From an uncultured Bacteroidota bacterium (GTDB lineage: Bacteria > Bacteroidota > Bacteroidia > Chitinophagales > LD1): a stretch of 64,000 bases of DNA. The stretch is taken from NCBI GenBank assembly GCA_903861145.1, contig CAIOTH010000089.1, forward strand, positions 4,792-68,791, given 5' to 3'. The translations under genes were made by a program, and so were the position numbers. Positions within the stretch are counted from its first letter, which is position 1. The number at the start of each line of letters is the position of its first letter. The notes beneath the pieces are model-generated. The model had not been told where the DNA came from, searched no databases, and saw only the letters and a list, made by a program, of their open reading frames with translations. Below are positions 27,729 to 37,590 of the stretch, piece by piece.

Positions 27729-28631
27729 TTAAAAAATCTGCGTTAACAAAATAGAAGCGTTGGGATCATCTCCCAGCGCTTTTTTTATGGCCTCATATTC
27801 GTATCGAACACCCGTCAAATTGGGCACAAGCATGTCAGTCTTTACTGATACAACAACTCCATCCTCAACTTCAATTTCAAAGTCCTGCTTTTTAATGGCA
27901 GTAGCCGGGCTTCGGCCATAAATCCACTCAAAAGTTTCAAACTTTTCCTTACCTAGTTTTTCAACCTCTGTCCATTCCACATCACCTAACTTATGCTCCT
28001 TTACTGCCCCCAACTCCTTTATCAGAAATAACCGCAGCTCCTCTGTTGAATTAAATTTGTCAGTTACGTCATTCAGGTTCATCACCGAACTTTTAACCGA
28101 GCCCACAGCCTTACTCTCAACCTTAAACCCATTCTCTTTCAAGCAAGCCCTTAGCACATCAAGGTTCGCATTATGCAATAGCGTTCCGTGACTAATAATA
28201 TTCCTACGGTTAGTAAACTGTGCACTACCCGATATCTTCTTCCCTTTACAAATAATATTGTTACGCGTATCCAGCCCTGCCTCCACTCCAGCCCTGCCAA
28301 GCGCATCAATTACTCGCTGGTTAAAATACTTGTAGTTATTAATCTTACTCTCCACAAACTTCGAAATAATCGAAAAATTAAGGTTCCCCTTATCATGGTA
28401 AACCGTTCCTCCCCCCGTAATACGCCTTGCCAGTTTTAACTGCCCATTGCGCAAATATTCAAAATTAACCTCTTTATAGATGCTCTGATTTTTACCAAGC
28501 ACAATGGACTGCTCATTAATGTATAGCAACAAATAATCCTCATCACCGCACACTAAATTGCGTATCAAAAACTCTTCAAGTGCGAGGTTTAAATAAGGGT
28601 CATTACTATTTCTGTTATCAATTAAAATCAC
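27729..28631 (-). CDS. lipoate--protein ligase family protein
   Basis: 'LARRITGGGTVYHDKGNLNFS' and 'GKKISGSAQ' are LplA/BPL_LplA_LipB catalytic-domain blocks. Confidence 0.85.
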   Translation of the reverse strand: MILIDNRNSNDPYLNLALEEFLIRNLVCGDEDYLLLYINEQSIVLGKNQSIYKEVNFEYLRNGQLKLARRITGGGTVYHDKGNLNFSIISKFVESKINNYKYFNQRVIDALGRAGVEAGLDTRNNIICKGKKISGSAQFTNRRNIISHGTLLHNANLDVLRACLKENGFKVESKAVGSVKSSVMNLNDVTDKFNSTEELRLFLIKELGAVKEHKLGDVEWTEVEKLGKEKFETFEWIYGRSPATAIKKQDFEIEVEDGVVVSVKTDMLVPNLTGVRYEYEAIKKALGDDPNASILLTQIF

Positions 28632-28670
28632 AGAGCAAGGTTAGGAATAAAAGTTACAGCACAAATATTG

Positions 28671-29099
28671 TCAATCGTTTACTTTTCCGTTAGCAGGTCT
28701 TTCAATTTTATAAAAATACATTCTGCCCCCTCGAAATAGAAAGAGTGTATCTGCAAATCTGTACTTAACTATCGAATCTCCTAGTTGCGCATCATTCCTA
28801 AATGGGTGATCCCATTGGCTGCCATTATCGTTACTTAAATCTATATCATAAAATGTGGCCCAATCTTCCCTCGTGCTAAAATATTCATGCTTTCTCTGAC
28901 GCGCAATAAAGTTAAGATGCCCGCGTATTTCCAATGTATCGAAGCTGTAAAAACTAACAGGACTTCCACGTTGCTCCCGTATATCTTGCATTAATGCTGG
29001 TCCAATATTTACACCTAGATAAACAACTATAGCAAAGTAAAAAACGATTTTAAAGAATGGGCTTTCCGAAATAATATCCCATTTTGTTTTGACTCCCAT
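28671..29099 (-). CDS. hypothetical membrane-anchored protein
   Basis: I chose the start at the ATG 29099..29097 (MGVKTKWDII...), just before the single TM 'FFKIVFYFAIVVYLGV'. The longer track ORF would overlap the divergent HMG-CoA lyase promoter. I recognised no domain. Confidence 0.5.
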   Translation of the reverse strand: MGVKTKWDIISESPFFKIVFYFAIVVYLGVNIGPALMQDIREQRGSPVSFYSFDTLEIRGHLNFIARQRKHEYFSTREDWATFYDIDLSNDNGSQWDHPFRNDAQLGDSIVKYRFADTLFLFRGGRMYFYKIERPANGKVND

Positions 29100-29229
29100 T
29101 ATATAAAAATAATGATTATCCCCTGTCGAATGGTCTTCATAAGATACAATTCCTTTGCGCTCTTTGCCCCTTTGCGGTAAAAAACATATTCTTCTTTGCA
29201 TTTCATCCATTTTGCCTTAGGTTTGAACC

Positions 29230-30096
29230 GTGACTCAAGAGCAAATAAGAATTGTTGAATGTCCCCGCGATGCTATGCAGGGCATTAAAGAATTTATACC
29301 TACCGAAAAAAAAATTGCATACATCAACAAGTTGCTTAAAGTTGGTTACCATGCAATCGACTTCGGTAGTTTCGTATCTCACGACCTGATACCCCAAATG
29401 GCCGATACCGCTAAAGTGTTGGATGGGCTTGACCTAGATAACTCTTCATCCAAACTCATTGCAATTGTGGCTAACGAACGCGGTGCTTCCGATGCTTGTG
29501 CTTTCTCACAAATTGATTGTCTCGGTTTTCCGTTTTCTGTTTCCGAAACCTTCCAGCGCCGCAACGCCAACTCAACCATACAAGAATCTGTTGACCGCGT
29601 TAAGCATATAAGAGAACTTTGCGCCAAAAACGATAAGGAGCTTATCATATACATCAGCATGGGTTTTGGCAATCCTTATGGCGATGCCTATAATCCTCAA
29701 ATAGTTGAGCAGTGGGTCGAAAAACTGGCCCAACTCGATATCAAAACATTCATGCTTAGCGATACAGTTGGCGTTGGTGAGCCCAAAATCATTAAGTATT
29801 TATTCTCAACTTTAATCCCGGCATTTCCTTCTCTCGAAATTGGCGCGCACCTGCATACAGCCCCGCACAACTGGAAAGTAAAAGTTGAAGCCGCGTATCA
29901 AAATGGCTGCCGCCGGTTCGATTCTACCGTTAAAGGCTTCGGTGGCTGCCCAATGGCCGAAGACGATTTAATTGGCAACATGTCCACCGAAAACCTCCTC
30001 AATTATTTTACTGAAGAACAATTAGGCCCAGGCTTTAAAATTCCCGCTTTTGAAGATAGCCTGCGTGAAGCAAACTTTGTTTTTCCCCTGCATTAG
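29230..30096 (+). CDS. hydroxymethylglutaryl-CoA lyase
   Basis: GTG start. 'IVECPRDAMQG' matches the HMGL signature (E.(G/C)PRDG.Q), and 'GAHLH' and 'GGCP' are also present. 288 aa. Confidence 0.9.
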   Translation: MTQEQIRIVECPRDAMQGIKEFIPTEKKIAYINKLLKVGYHAIDFGSFVSHDLIPQMADTAKVLDGLDLDNSSSKLIAIVANERGASDACAFSQIDCLGFPFSVSETFQRRNANSTIQESVDRVKHIRELCAKNDKELIIYISMGFGNPYGDAYNPQIVEQWVEKLAQLDIKTFMLSDTVGVGEPKIIKYLFSTLIPAFPSLEIGAHLHTAPHNWKVKVEAAYQNGCRRFDSTVKGFGGCPMAEDDLIGNMSTENLLNYFTEEQLGPGFKIPAFEDSLREANFVFPLH

Positions 30097-30201
30097 CCTA
30101 GGCTGTCTTCAATAATTATCGAAATTGCCATTCAAAAAATTAGGAATCACGGGTAATCGCCTTAAATTAGGCTTACAATCTGCTAGTCAACCCTGCGGGA
30201 T

Positions 30202-30591
30202 ATGAAAAGAATGCTACTTGGCCTTTTTGTTTTATGGTCTGCTGCTGGTTCTGCACAAACCACCCTTAAATTTTGCGTGGAAACCGACAAAGATGGAAAG
30301 TGTAAAAAACAGGCTTCCGAATTCACTATTAGCAAAGATGGCGGCACAATTATCTTTGAATTAAAAAGCCCTGCGCCACTTGGCACTTCCAAAGTCCTTT
30401 ATAAAATATTTAAGCTAAGCGATAACGGCAAAGCCGTTTTTAATAACACCATCGAACAGGATGTGCAGGAAAAATGGAATTGCGCCTGGGAAGAAGCCGT
30501 TTTTTACGACCCCGGCACTTATAAAGTAATGGCTTACGACAACACCGACAATCTTCTTTGCCTGGGTATTCTTAAAATATTCACCCAATAA
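30202..30591 (+). CDS. hypothetical small secreted protein (paralog of 8302..8694)
   Basis: A 129-aa ORF with a signal peptide, the Cys pair 'C..TDKDGKC', and the blocks 'LGTSKVLYKIFKL' and 'FYDPGTYKVMAYD'. Confidence 0.7.
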   Translation: MKRMLLGLFVLWSAAGSAQTTLKFCVETDKDGKCKKQASEFTISKDGGTIIFELKSPAPLGTSKVLYKIFKLSDNGKAVFNNTIEQDVQEKWNCAWEEAVFYDPGTYKVMAYDNTDNLLCLGILKIFTQ

Positions 30592-30633
30592 TTAGCAGTT
30601 TTACACCCGGCCATATAAAAATGCCTTACGCTT

Positions 30634-31704
30634 ATGATAAGAGTATTGTTGATTGCTGTTTTAGGGTTATTCAGTTCCTGCTCCGAGCATAACAATTCCA
30701 CTCAGGCTGTCGAGCAGCCAGCATCCGCCCCGTTAGCTCCGCCAAAAGATAATTTTACTGTGGGCGTTGTTATCCCATCCGTTCCACTGCGCATGGACGC
30801 CGGGCAAACATTTGCCCTTTATCTGCCTAAAGGCTACACCGATTCAGGTAAGTTACCAGCAATCATATTTTTTGATCCACATGGCGATGGCACCGTTCCC
30901 CTAAACCTATACCACGACCTGGCCGACCAGTATCATTTCATCTTAATCGGCTCAAACTCATCACGCAATGGCATTCCGCTCGACCAAACCCAAGCAATTG
31001 CCTACAACCTATTCGGCGAGGCCAAATCCAGGTTTGCAGTTGACCCGGCAAAAATTACACTCTGCGGGTTTAGCGGCGGAGCCAAAGTGGCTTTGCTAAG
31101 TGGGGCATCAAATCCTGCAATTGCAAATATTATTTATGCCGGTGCCAAGGTCGACATTACACCCAATCACCCCATTTCAGTTCTGGGCTTTGCCGGTTTA
31201 AGAGACATGAATTACACCGATCTTGTATTATTTGAGCAGAGTTTGAATAATGTGCAGGGTATCAATCACTATCTTATTGAATGGAAAGGCAAACACGAAT
31301 TCCCAACTGCCGACGTATTTAAAGATGCTTTTATCTTTCTAAATACCAGCACGGTCGAAAACTATAATAAAAAGCAGGCAACCATTACCAAGGAACAATT
31401 AAAACTGGAACAGGATAAGAAAAACGAATACCTCCACGCTTTTCAGGATAAGAATCTAGATTGGTGGAAAAAGGAAATCGCAATTCTTAACGCCAAAAAG
31501 AAAAACGATATCATGAACGAGCGGCTACTCGGCTTTTTATCCCTTGCCTGTTATTCCATCGGTGGTGGACAGCTGGTCCAGGATAAGCTAGACGTTGCAG
31601 AGAAAATTCTTGCTGTGTACAAGCTCGCCGATCCGGACAATAAGGACTGCGATAGCATGCTAACCGTTCTTAGCCAAAAAAAGGCAGCGGGCCCTCTTCA
31701 CTAA
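30634..31704 (+). CDS. alpha/beta-hydrolase-fold lipoprotein (esterase-like)
   Basis: It has the lipobox-like 'GLFSSCS' and the nucleophile elbow 'CGFSGGA'. The C-terminal roughly 100 aa is helical. Confidence 0.7.
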   Translation: MIRVLLIAVLGLFSSCSEHNNSTQAVEQPASAPLAPPKDNFTVGVVIPSVPLRMDAGQTFALYLPKGYTDSGKLPAIIFFDPHGDGTVPLNLYHDLADQYHFILIGSNSSRNGIPLDQTQAIAYNLFGEAKSRFAVDPAKITLCGFSGGAKVALLSGASNPAIANIIYAGAKVDITPNHPISVLGFAGLRDMNYTDLVLFEQSLNNVQGINHYLIEWKGKHEFPTADVFKDAFIFLNTSTVENYNKKQATITKEQLKLEQDKKNEYLHAFQDKNLDWWKKEIAILNAKKKNDIMNERLLGFLSLACYSIGGGQLVQDKLDVAEKILAVYKLADPDNKDCDSMLTVLSQKKAAGPLH

Positions 31705-31790
31705 GCTCATATGCTGGTATTATAGTTATATTATTTATAGCATTATATTTGCTGAACGAATTTGATTCATAAACCCATCCTCCCAATAAC

Positions 31791-32195
31791 TTGAAAGGCC
31801 TTCTTTACATATTGGTTTTGTTGCTCTCGGTTACAGCCAGCGCTCAATCTATATCAACCACAATCGCCACGGCTTCAATCCGCGTTGATAAGCAACCCGA
31901 ATATCCTGGCGGTACCAAAGCCATTGCCAAAATGTTTATCGATAGCATTGACCTCCCCAGCGTAAAATGGCAGGAACGCGAAGAACAGGACGACCACCCG
32001 GAAATAACTTTATTACTGGTAATAAACGAAAAAGGCCTGGTAGAAGACGTAAAAGTGCTTAAATCCATCAACGCTAAAACCGATGCCCGCTGCGTAAGTT
32101 TAGCCCGCAAACTAAAATTCAAGCCGGCAATGCTTGATGGTAAGCCCGTTAAAGTAACCTACAAACTCCCCTTAAAATTCGATATGGAGTTTTGA
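31791..32195 (+). CDS. TonB C-terminal domain-containing secreted protein
   Basis: TTG start and a signal peptide. 'PEYPGGTKAIAKMF' and 'KPAMLDGKPVKVTYKLPLKF' are typical TonB_C blocks. Confidence 0.75.
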   Translation: MKGLLYILVLLLSVTASAQSISTTIATASIRVDKQPEYPGGTKAIAKMFIDSIDLPSVKWQEREEQDDHPEITLLLVINEKGLVEDVKVLKSINAKTDARCVSLARKLKFKPAMLDGKPVKVTYKLPLKFDMEF

Positions 32196-32292
32196 TAATT
32201 TTCATTGTTAACAGGAATATTAATTTTGTTTCGGCGGCAGTTATAAGCAATAGAACAATCTTATTAACTATTTAATTCCGCTTCAACAAAAA

Positions 32293-33345
32293 TTGAATCA
32301 AAAGGAACAAATATTTATCACCGGCGGCTCATTTCAGGTGTTACACCAATTTCTGTCCAGGCCCTCTTCATCGTGCTTTGTTTTAGTGGATGAAAACACG
32401 CTTAAACATTGTTATCCGGTTATTCAAACAGTTCTGCCCGAACATTTACTAATCACTTTAGCCTCGGGCGAGCAAAACAAAACCCTGCAAACCTGTAGTT
32501 CAATTTGGACTGAGCTTACAAAAGCAAACGCCGATAGAAAAAGCCTCTTCATCAATTTGGGCGGTGGCGTCATTAGCGACATGGGTGGTTTTTCAGCAGC
32601 TTGTTATAAAAGAGGCATACCCTTTATTAATATCCCCACAACCCTTCTTTCAATGGTTGATGCCAGCGTTGGAGGGAAAACCGGAATTGACTTCCTTGGA
32701 TTTAAAAATCAGATAGGCCTATTCAGCCAACCGGAAGCAGTTTTTGTTTTTACAGATTTCCTTAAAACCCTTCCTCAACGCGAATTAGCTTCAGGTTTTG
32801 CTGAAGTTATAAAACACTACCTCATAGCCGATAAAGAAGCATTTACTGAAATTCAGAAATCAACAGCGGATTTTAACGCCCTTAACTGGCCTCAATTGGT
32901 TGAACGGAATATCAACATCAAATCAACTATAGTTGAACAAGACCCTCATGAAAATAGCGTCCGTAAAGCTTTGAACTTCGGCCACACCATCGGCCATGCA
33001 GTCGAAAGCATCTTTTTAAACCGGCAGGGCAACCACTTATTACATGGTGAGGCCATCGCTGTTGGGATGTTGACAGAGAGCTACATATCAATGAAAATGG
33101 GATTGTTGGAGCAGGCTGAGCTAAAACAAATTGAAGCTGTAATACAAAACTATTTTGTATTACCCCATTTGGATGCTGAGGCTCGGAACGATGTATTGCG
33201 CTTAGTAAAGCAGGACAAGAAAAACGTAAAACACAAATTACAGTTTACTTTATTGCAGGGTATTGGTAACTATTCTATCAACAATACCGTTGAAGAAGGA
33301 TTAATGACCGAATCATTGACTTACTATAACTCGCTGCTCAAATGA
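32293..33345 (+). CDS. aroB: 3-dehydroquinate synthase
   Basis: 'GGGVISDMGGF', 'DASVGGKTGI' and 'LNFGHTIGHAVE' are present. It overlaps aroA by 4 bp (ATGA). Confidence 0.92.
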   Translation: MNQKEQIFITGGSFQVLHQFLSRPSSSCFVLVDENTLKHCYPVIQTVLPEHLLITLASGEQNKTLQTCSSIWTELTKANADRKSLFINLGGGVISDMGGFSAACYKRGIPFINIPTTLLSMVDASVGGKTGIDFLGFKNQIGLFSQPEAVFVFTDFLKTLPQRELASGFAEVIKHYLIADKEAFTEIQKSTADFNALNWPQLVERNINIKSTIVEQDPHENSVRKALNFGHTIGHAVESIFLNRQGNHLLHGEAIAVGMLTESYISMKMGLLEQAELKQIEAVIQNYFVLPHLDAEARNDVLRLVKQDKKNVKHKLQFTLLQGIGNYSINNTVEEGLMTESLTYYNSLLK

Positions 33346-34568
33346 GTGTTATAAAGATTAGCCACCCTACTAAAAAAATCAGTACCCGAATCCGCATACC
33401 GGGCTCGAAAAGCGAAAGCAATCGTGCGCTAATCCTTAATGCTCTATCAGGTAATCAATTAAAATTGCAGAATCTTTCTACTGCCCGCGATACTCAAAAT
33501 CTTGTTTCTCTGCTAGCCTCAAACCATAAAACAATTGATGTTATTGATGCAGGTACCAGCATGCGTTTCTTAACTGCTTATTACGCTGCTACCAATCAGT
33601 CAAAAATCCTTACCGGTTCCGAACGGATGCAGCAACGGCCCATTGCGCCACTGGTAACCGCTTTAAAACAATTAGGCTTTAATATTCAATATTTAGGGAA
33701 CGAAGGAAACGCCCCTATCGAAATAATCCCCATTAATCTTGAAAATATCGCTGGTGAGGCTTCAATCGAAGGAAACGTAAGCAGCCAGTTTATTACAGCT
33801 TTGTTGTTGATTGCTCCTTTTTTACCCAAAGGTTTAAAACTGAATTTTACTACCGAGCTTACATCGCGACCTTACATCGAATTGACGCTTACAATGCTTA
33901 AACATTTTGGGGTTCAATATCAATGGGTAGACAATTCTATAACTATTCAAAATACTAAGCTCACTGCGCAAACGTATGATGTAGGTGGCGACTGGTCGTC
34001 AGCCTCGTATTGGTATACCATTGCCTTTTTGGCTGATGATGCAGAGATTATGATTGATGGCCTTAAAAACGACTGGGCCCAGGGCGACCAGGTGGTTGCC
34101 GATTGGGCAAAGCGTTTTGGTGTTACTACTCAATACAACAACGATGGGGCCTTACTTAAAAAGGTTAAAGCCGAATATCCCTTAATGATGAAGCTTAACT
34201 TTTCAGACAATCCCGATTTAGCTCAAACATTTGCAGTTTTTTTTGCTTCTGCCGGTATCACGGCAAACTTTACCGGTATTGATAGCCTTAAGCTTAAAGA
34301 AACCGATCGCATAGCGGCGCTAAAGGCCGAGCTGGCAAAAACTAATATGCACTTCGATTTTTCCGATATGTACGAGTTTTACCAGCTAAAGGGAAAGCTT
34401 GAATTACCCAACGAAGCCATCCAAACCTACAACGACCATCGCATGGCCCTCAGCTTCGCTCCTCTTGGCCTTATTGGCCCAATTGAAATCGAAAATCCAG
34501 ATGTCGTAAACAAATCGTATCCCGAGTTTTGGAGCGACCTTAAGTTGGCCGGATTTGAAATACAATAA
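33342..34568 (+). CDS. aroA: 3-phosphoshikimate 1-carboxyvinyltransferase (EPSP synthase)
   Basis: 'IPGSKSESNRALIL', 'AGTSMRFL' and 'NDHRMALSFAPL' are canonical EPSPS blocks. Confidence 0.95.
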   Translation: MSVIKISHPTKKISTRIRIPGSKSESNRALILNALSGNQLKLQNLSTARDTQNLVSLLASNHKTIDVIDAGTSMRFLTAYYAATNQSKILTGSERMQQRPIAPLVTALKQLGFNIQYLGNEGNAPIEIIPINLENIAGEASIEGNVSSQFITALLLIAPFLPKGLKLNFTTELTSRPYIELTLTMLKHFGVQYQWVDNSITIQNTKLTAQTYDVGGDWSSASYWYTIAFLADDAEIMIDGLKNDWAQGDQVVADWAKRFGVTTQYNNDGALLKKVKAEYPLMMKLNFSDNPDLAQTFAVFFASAGITANFTGIDSLKLKETDRIAALKAELAKTNMHFDFSDMYEFYQLKGKLELPNEAIQTYNDHRMALSFAPLGLIGPIEIENPDVVNKSYPEFWSDLKLAGFEIQ

Positions 34569-34574
34569 TCTCTC

Positions 34575-35498
34575 CTAAAATTTCATCAACTCTATAACCT
34601 CTTTGCCCGCAAGCAATATTGATAAATCTGCATCCGCTTTAGCAAGCCCGATAATAAAACCACCACCACCAGCACCACAAACCTTAAGATGGTATTCATT
34701 GTGTTTTTGTCCCTGCCTCCACACCTCGTGAAATGCCCCCGGTATAAACTCCGGCATTAAATCCATTTGCAACTGCGAAATGATTTTAACGCACTTCATC
34801 AGCTCAGTATGTTTCTTTTGCAGAAAAGCGTTGATGGCCATGTTATTTGCCGGTATCAACGATTTTTCAATCGTTTTCATAAACCCGGGGTTATTGCATT
34901 TTTCCAAAAACAGGTTCACATAGGGCGATGTTTTGCGTTCAATATGTGTATTTATCAAAAACAGCTTAAGCTTCGCCGTATTACTCTTGGGCATATCAAA
35001 TGCCTCTGTTACTTCACCGTTAGTTATTAATACTGCCTTATTCAGGTAACATACTATCGGGTCAAGCCCCGAGCTCCTACCATGAAAAAAGCTTTCAATT
35101 TCAGCCAACTCATGCTTTAGTTCTGTAATGTCCTCAGTCTTCTTTTTGTTCTTTCGGTACCGGTGATAAATAGCTGCGACCAACGCACCCGAACTTCCCA
35201 GGCCGAACCCCTGCGGAATGTTAGAATCAAAATATAATCCCTTCTCTATATCATCTAAAAATTGATTAGTATCATACAACGGCCCAAGCTTTTCATGATG
35301 AATAATGTAAGCGGCAATTTTGGCCAGCGAATGATTTGATTTAGTTATTCTTTCATCGCCATCTTTACCTGCAAACTTCATTATCCCGTCAAAGTGTTCA
35401 AACGGAACAGCCAGGCCCATGGCTCCTTTATTGATGATATGCTCGCCAAACAACAGCACCTTCGAATAAAATATTTTATGCAATGCCTTAGCTGCCAT
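34575..35498 (-). CDS. mevalonate kinase (GHMP kinase)
   Basis: It has the N-terminal 'KVLLFGEH' and the GHMP motif 'PQGFGLGSSGALVAAI', and ends in 'KVCGAGGGGF'. It is the last gene of the mevalonate operon. Confidence 0.8.
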   Translation of the reverse strand: MAAKALHKIFYSKVLLFGEHIINKGAMGLAVPFEHFDGIMKFAGKDGDERITKSNHSLAKIAAYIIHHEKLGPLYDTNQFLDDIEKGLYFDSNIPQGFGLGSSGALVAAIYHRYRKNKKKTEDITELKHELAEIESFFHGRSSGLDPIVCYLNKAVLITNGEVTEAFDMPKSNTAKLKLFLINTHIERKTSPYVNLFLEKCNNPGFMKTIEKSLIPANNMAINAFLQKKHTELMKCVKIISQLQMDLMPEFIPGAFHEVWRQGQKHNEYHLKVCGAGGGGFIIGLAKADADLSILLAGKEVIELMKF

Positions 35499-35538
35499 GA
35501 TAAGAAGTAGAATCTGTGAGAATAATTAAGGTCAGATG

Positions 35539-36591
35539 TTACTTAACTCTGAAAGGCCCTTTCCCTACATTATCGTGTATCATTTTGCCCCCTTCGCAAT
35601 GTTTTTCTAGCTCTGCAAAAATAAAGCTATCCACCTTGCGCTTAATATTGTTAGGATATAGCAAATGTATATTCGGGCCTGCGTCAAGTGTAAAATAAAC
35701 AGGCAGTTTGGTCTCTTCTCTAAACCGTCTTATTTTCTCAATCATACTAAGCGTAGATGGAGCCAGTAATACGAACGAAGGAGAAGAACACATCATCAAA
35801 GCATGCAGCGTCATCGCTTCGTCTTCTACAATACTACCAAATCTTTCAAGGTCACCCTTTTTCAAAGCAACAATCAGGTCGCGTAAATTTTTGTTCGCCT
35901 GTGCATAACGGCTGGCGGCAAAAGGGTTGTTCTTCATTAACGAATGTCCAACCCTGCTCGATACTTTCTTCTCAGCGCTGCTGGCAATTAAAATAGTATT
36001 CTGGTAAGTTTTAAATGTTGCATGCAGGTTCTTCTCAAAGGGAATGGCATGAATATCCGATGAGCCCTTAACCGACTTTGTTTTACCCCACTCCGAAATT
36101 AAAGGGTAAACCGAACGCGCCGCACTACCCGAACCTAATCGTGCATAATGCGAAGCCTTTTCCAAAAACTTATCCTTTGCAACCTTTTTCTTATCCATCT
36201 GGTCCTGCAAATCGCAAAGGCACAACGCCAATGCACTCATAGATGAAGCCGATGAAGCAATACCCGAAGAGTGCGGGAACGAATTCGTAGAGTGAATAAA
36301 CAAACCATACTGCCGTAAGATTGGAAAGTCCTTAGCTATGGTATCAAAAAACTTAAGCATCCTCAGTCGAAAGGCCATATTCTCCTTACCGTCAAAATAA
36401 AACTTCAACTCTATGTCCTTCGATTTGCTTTGCTTCTTAATCAGCGTTGCACTGGTTTCTGAGTAACATTGCTCCAACGTAAAACTGATTGAAGGGTTCG
36501 CCGGTATTTGAACTCCTGCTTTCTTTCCCCAGTATTTTACCAATGCAATATTCGAGGGGCTCCTCCAGGTAACTTTCTTTATTTCTTCCAT
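35539..36591 (-). CDS. diphosphomevalonate decarboxylase
   Basis: 'SPSNIALVKYWGK', 'SSGIASSASSMSALA' and 'YFTLDAGPN' are canonical MDD blocks. Confidence 0.9.
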   Translation of the reverse strand: MEEIKKVTWRSPSNIALVKYWGKKAGVQIPANPSISFTLEQCYSETSATLIKKQSKSKDIELKFYFDGKENMAFRLRMLKFFDTIAKDFPILRQYGLFIHSTNSFPHSSGIASSASSMSALALCLCDLQDQMDKKKVAKDKFLEKASHYARLGSGSAARSVYPLISEWGKTKSVKGSSDIHAIPFEKNLHATFKTYQNTILIASSAEKKVSSRVGHSLMKNNPFAASRYAQANKNLRDLIVALKKGDLERFGSIVEDEAMTLHALMMCSSPSFVLLAPSTLSMIEKIRRFREETKLPVYFTLDAGPNIHLLYPNNIKRKVDSFIFAELEKHCEGGKMIHDNVGKGPFRVK

Positions 36592-36632
36592 AACTCGTTT
36601 TTTACTGCCATTGTTTTAAAGGTAGCAGTTTT

Positions 36633-37586
36633 TTATTTTGATAGTATTAAATCATCCCAACTAAAAACAATGCTAATGCTTTTTTCTTTTAAATAGGCCC
36701 TCAAGTCATCAATACTTTTAGTGTTTGTTAGCATTACAAAATCTCCTCCCCATGCACCTAACGATTTTACACTTCCCCAATAATCACCAAACAAACTATC
36801 CTTCACCTTGGTCATTTTAAGCTGCTCCGCAACCAAAGTTTCATGTTCATTTATTAGTCGTTCAAACCCCGGTAAATCGTTACACGCTAATACCAGGTCG
36901 GTAATTCGCGCCAATTCGCCAAGGGCATACGTTTTGTCCTGCAGTTTTGTTTTGTAATATTGAATCCCTTCTGACGAAAGTTGCTTTTTTCCCAAATAAG
37001 CAAAGTATAAATGTTCTCTAAAAGTAGGTTGCCAGCTAACAGGTTCTGAACTTGCTTTACCATCCTTAAGTTGATAAACAATCCCACCATCTGCCCCCGC
37101 ACACGCTACATCATAACCTGAACCACCTATTGTGTTTTTCAGCAGTTCATATCCGTCCACCCTCGCCCAGTTAGCCAGGCAATAAATTAACGTCGAACTG
37201 GTTCCTAATCCCCATTCATTCGGGAACTCCAATCTTGTTTCAACGGCAAAGTCATTGGCTTCGACTAAAAACGCAGAATTAAGTTTTCTCGCCTCTTGCA
37301 ATATTTTGCTCAGACGTATAGCCTCATCTTGCTTGGCATTTATACAAGTAAAGTCTGTGGTGTCGAAAACCAGGTTAAGCCACGGTTTATTTTGATTATT
37401 CAGCGCAACCCAATAAAGCAAATTACTTTTTGCGTTTAAAGTTGTTACGCGCATACTTTGACCAAAGCGGGTAGGCAATGCAAGCGCCGGCGCCCCATCT
37501 AAAACAAAATACTCCGATGTAATAAGCAACTTCCCATGTCCATAGAAAGTATCGATATTATTTTGCTCGGTAATTCTCAGCTTCAT
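36633..37586 (-). CDS. divergent GHMP-family kinase, putative phosphomevalonate kinase
   Basis: 'GHGKLLITSEYFVLDGAPALALP', 'GLGTSSTLIYCLA' and 'GSGYDVA' are present. It sits between the HMGR and MDD genes. The assignment is by operon context and by what is known for Flavobacterium johnsoniae. Confidence 0.65.
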   Translation of the reverse strand: MKLRITEQNNIDTFYGHGKLLITSEYFVLDGAPALALPTRFGQSMRVTTLNAKSNLLYWVALNNQNKPWLNLVFDTTDFTCINAKQDEAIRLSKILQEARKLNSAFLVEANDFAVETRLEFPNEWGLGTSSTLIYCLANWARVDGYELLKNTIGGSGYDVACAGADGGIVYQLKDGKASSEPVSWQPTFREHLYFAYLGKKQLSSEGIQYYKTKLQDKTYALGELARITDLVLACNDLPGFERLINEHETLVAEQLKMTKVKDSLFGDYWGSVKSLGAWGGDFVMLTNTKSIDDLRAYLKEKSISIVFSWDDLILSK

Positions 37587-37590
37587 TCCA

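Noticed and set aside
29915-29924. GGTTCGATTC, a tRNA T-arm-like motif.
   Set aside because: It lies inside the well-supported HMG-CoA lyase CDS, and no acceptor, D or anticodon arms can be drawn around it. I found no tRNA genes anywhere in the window.
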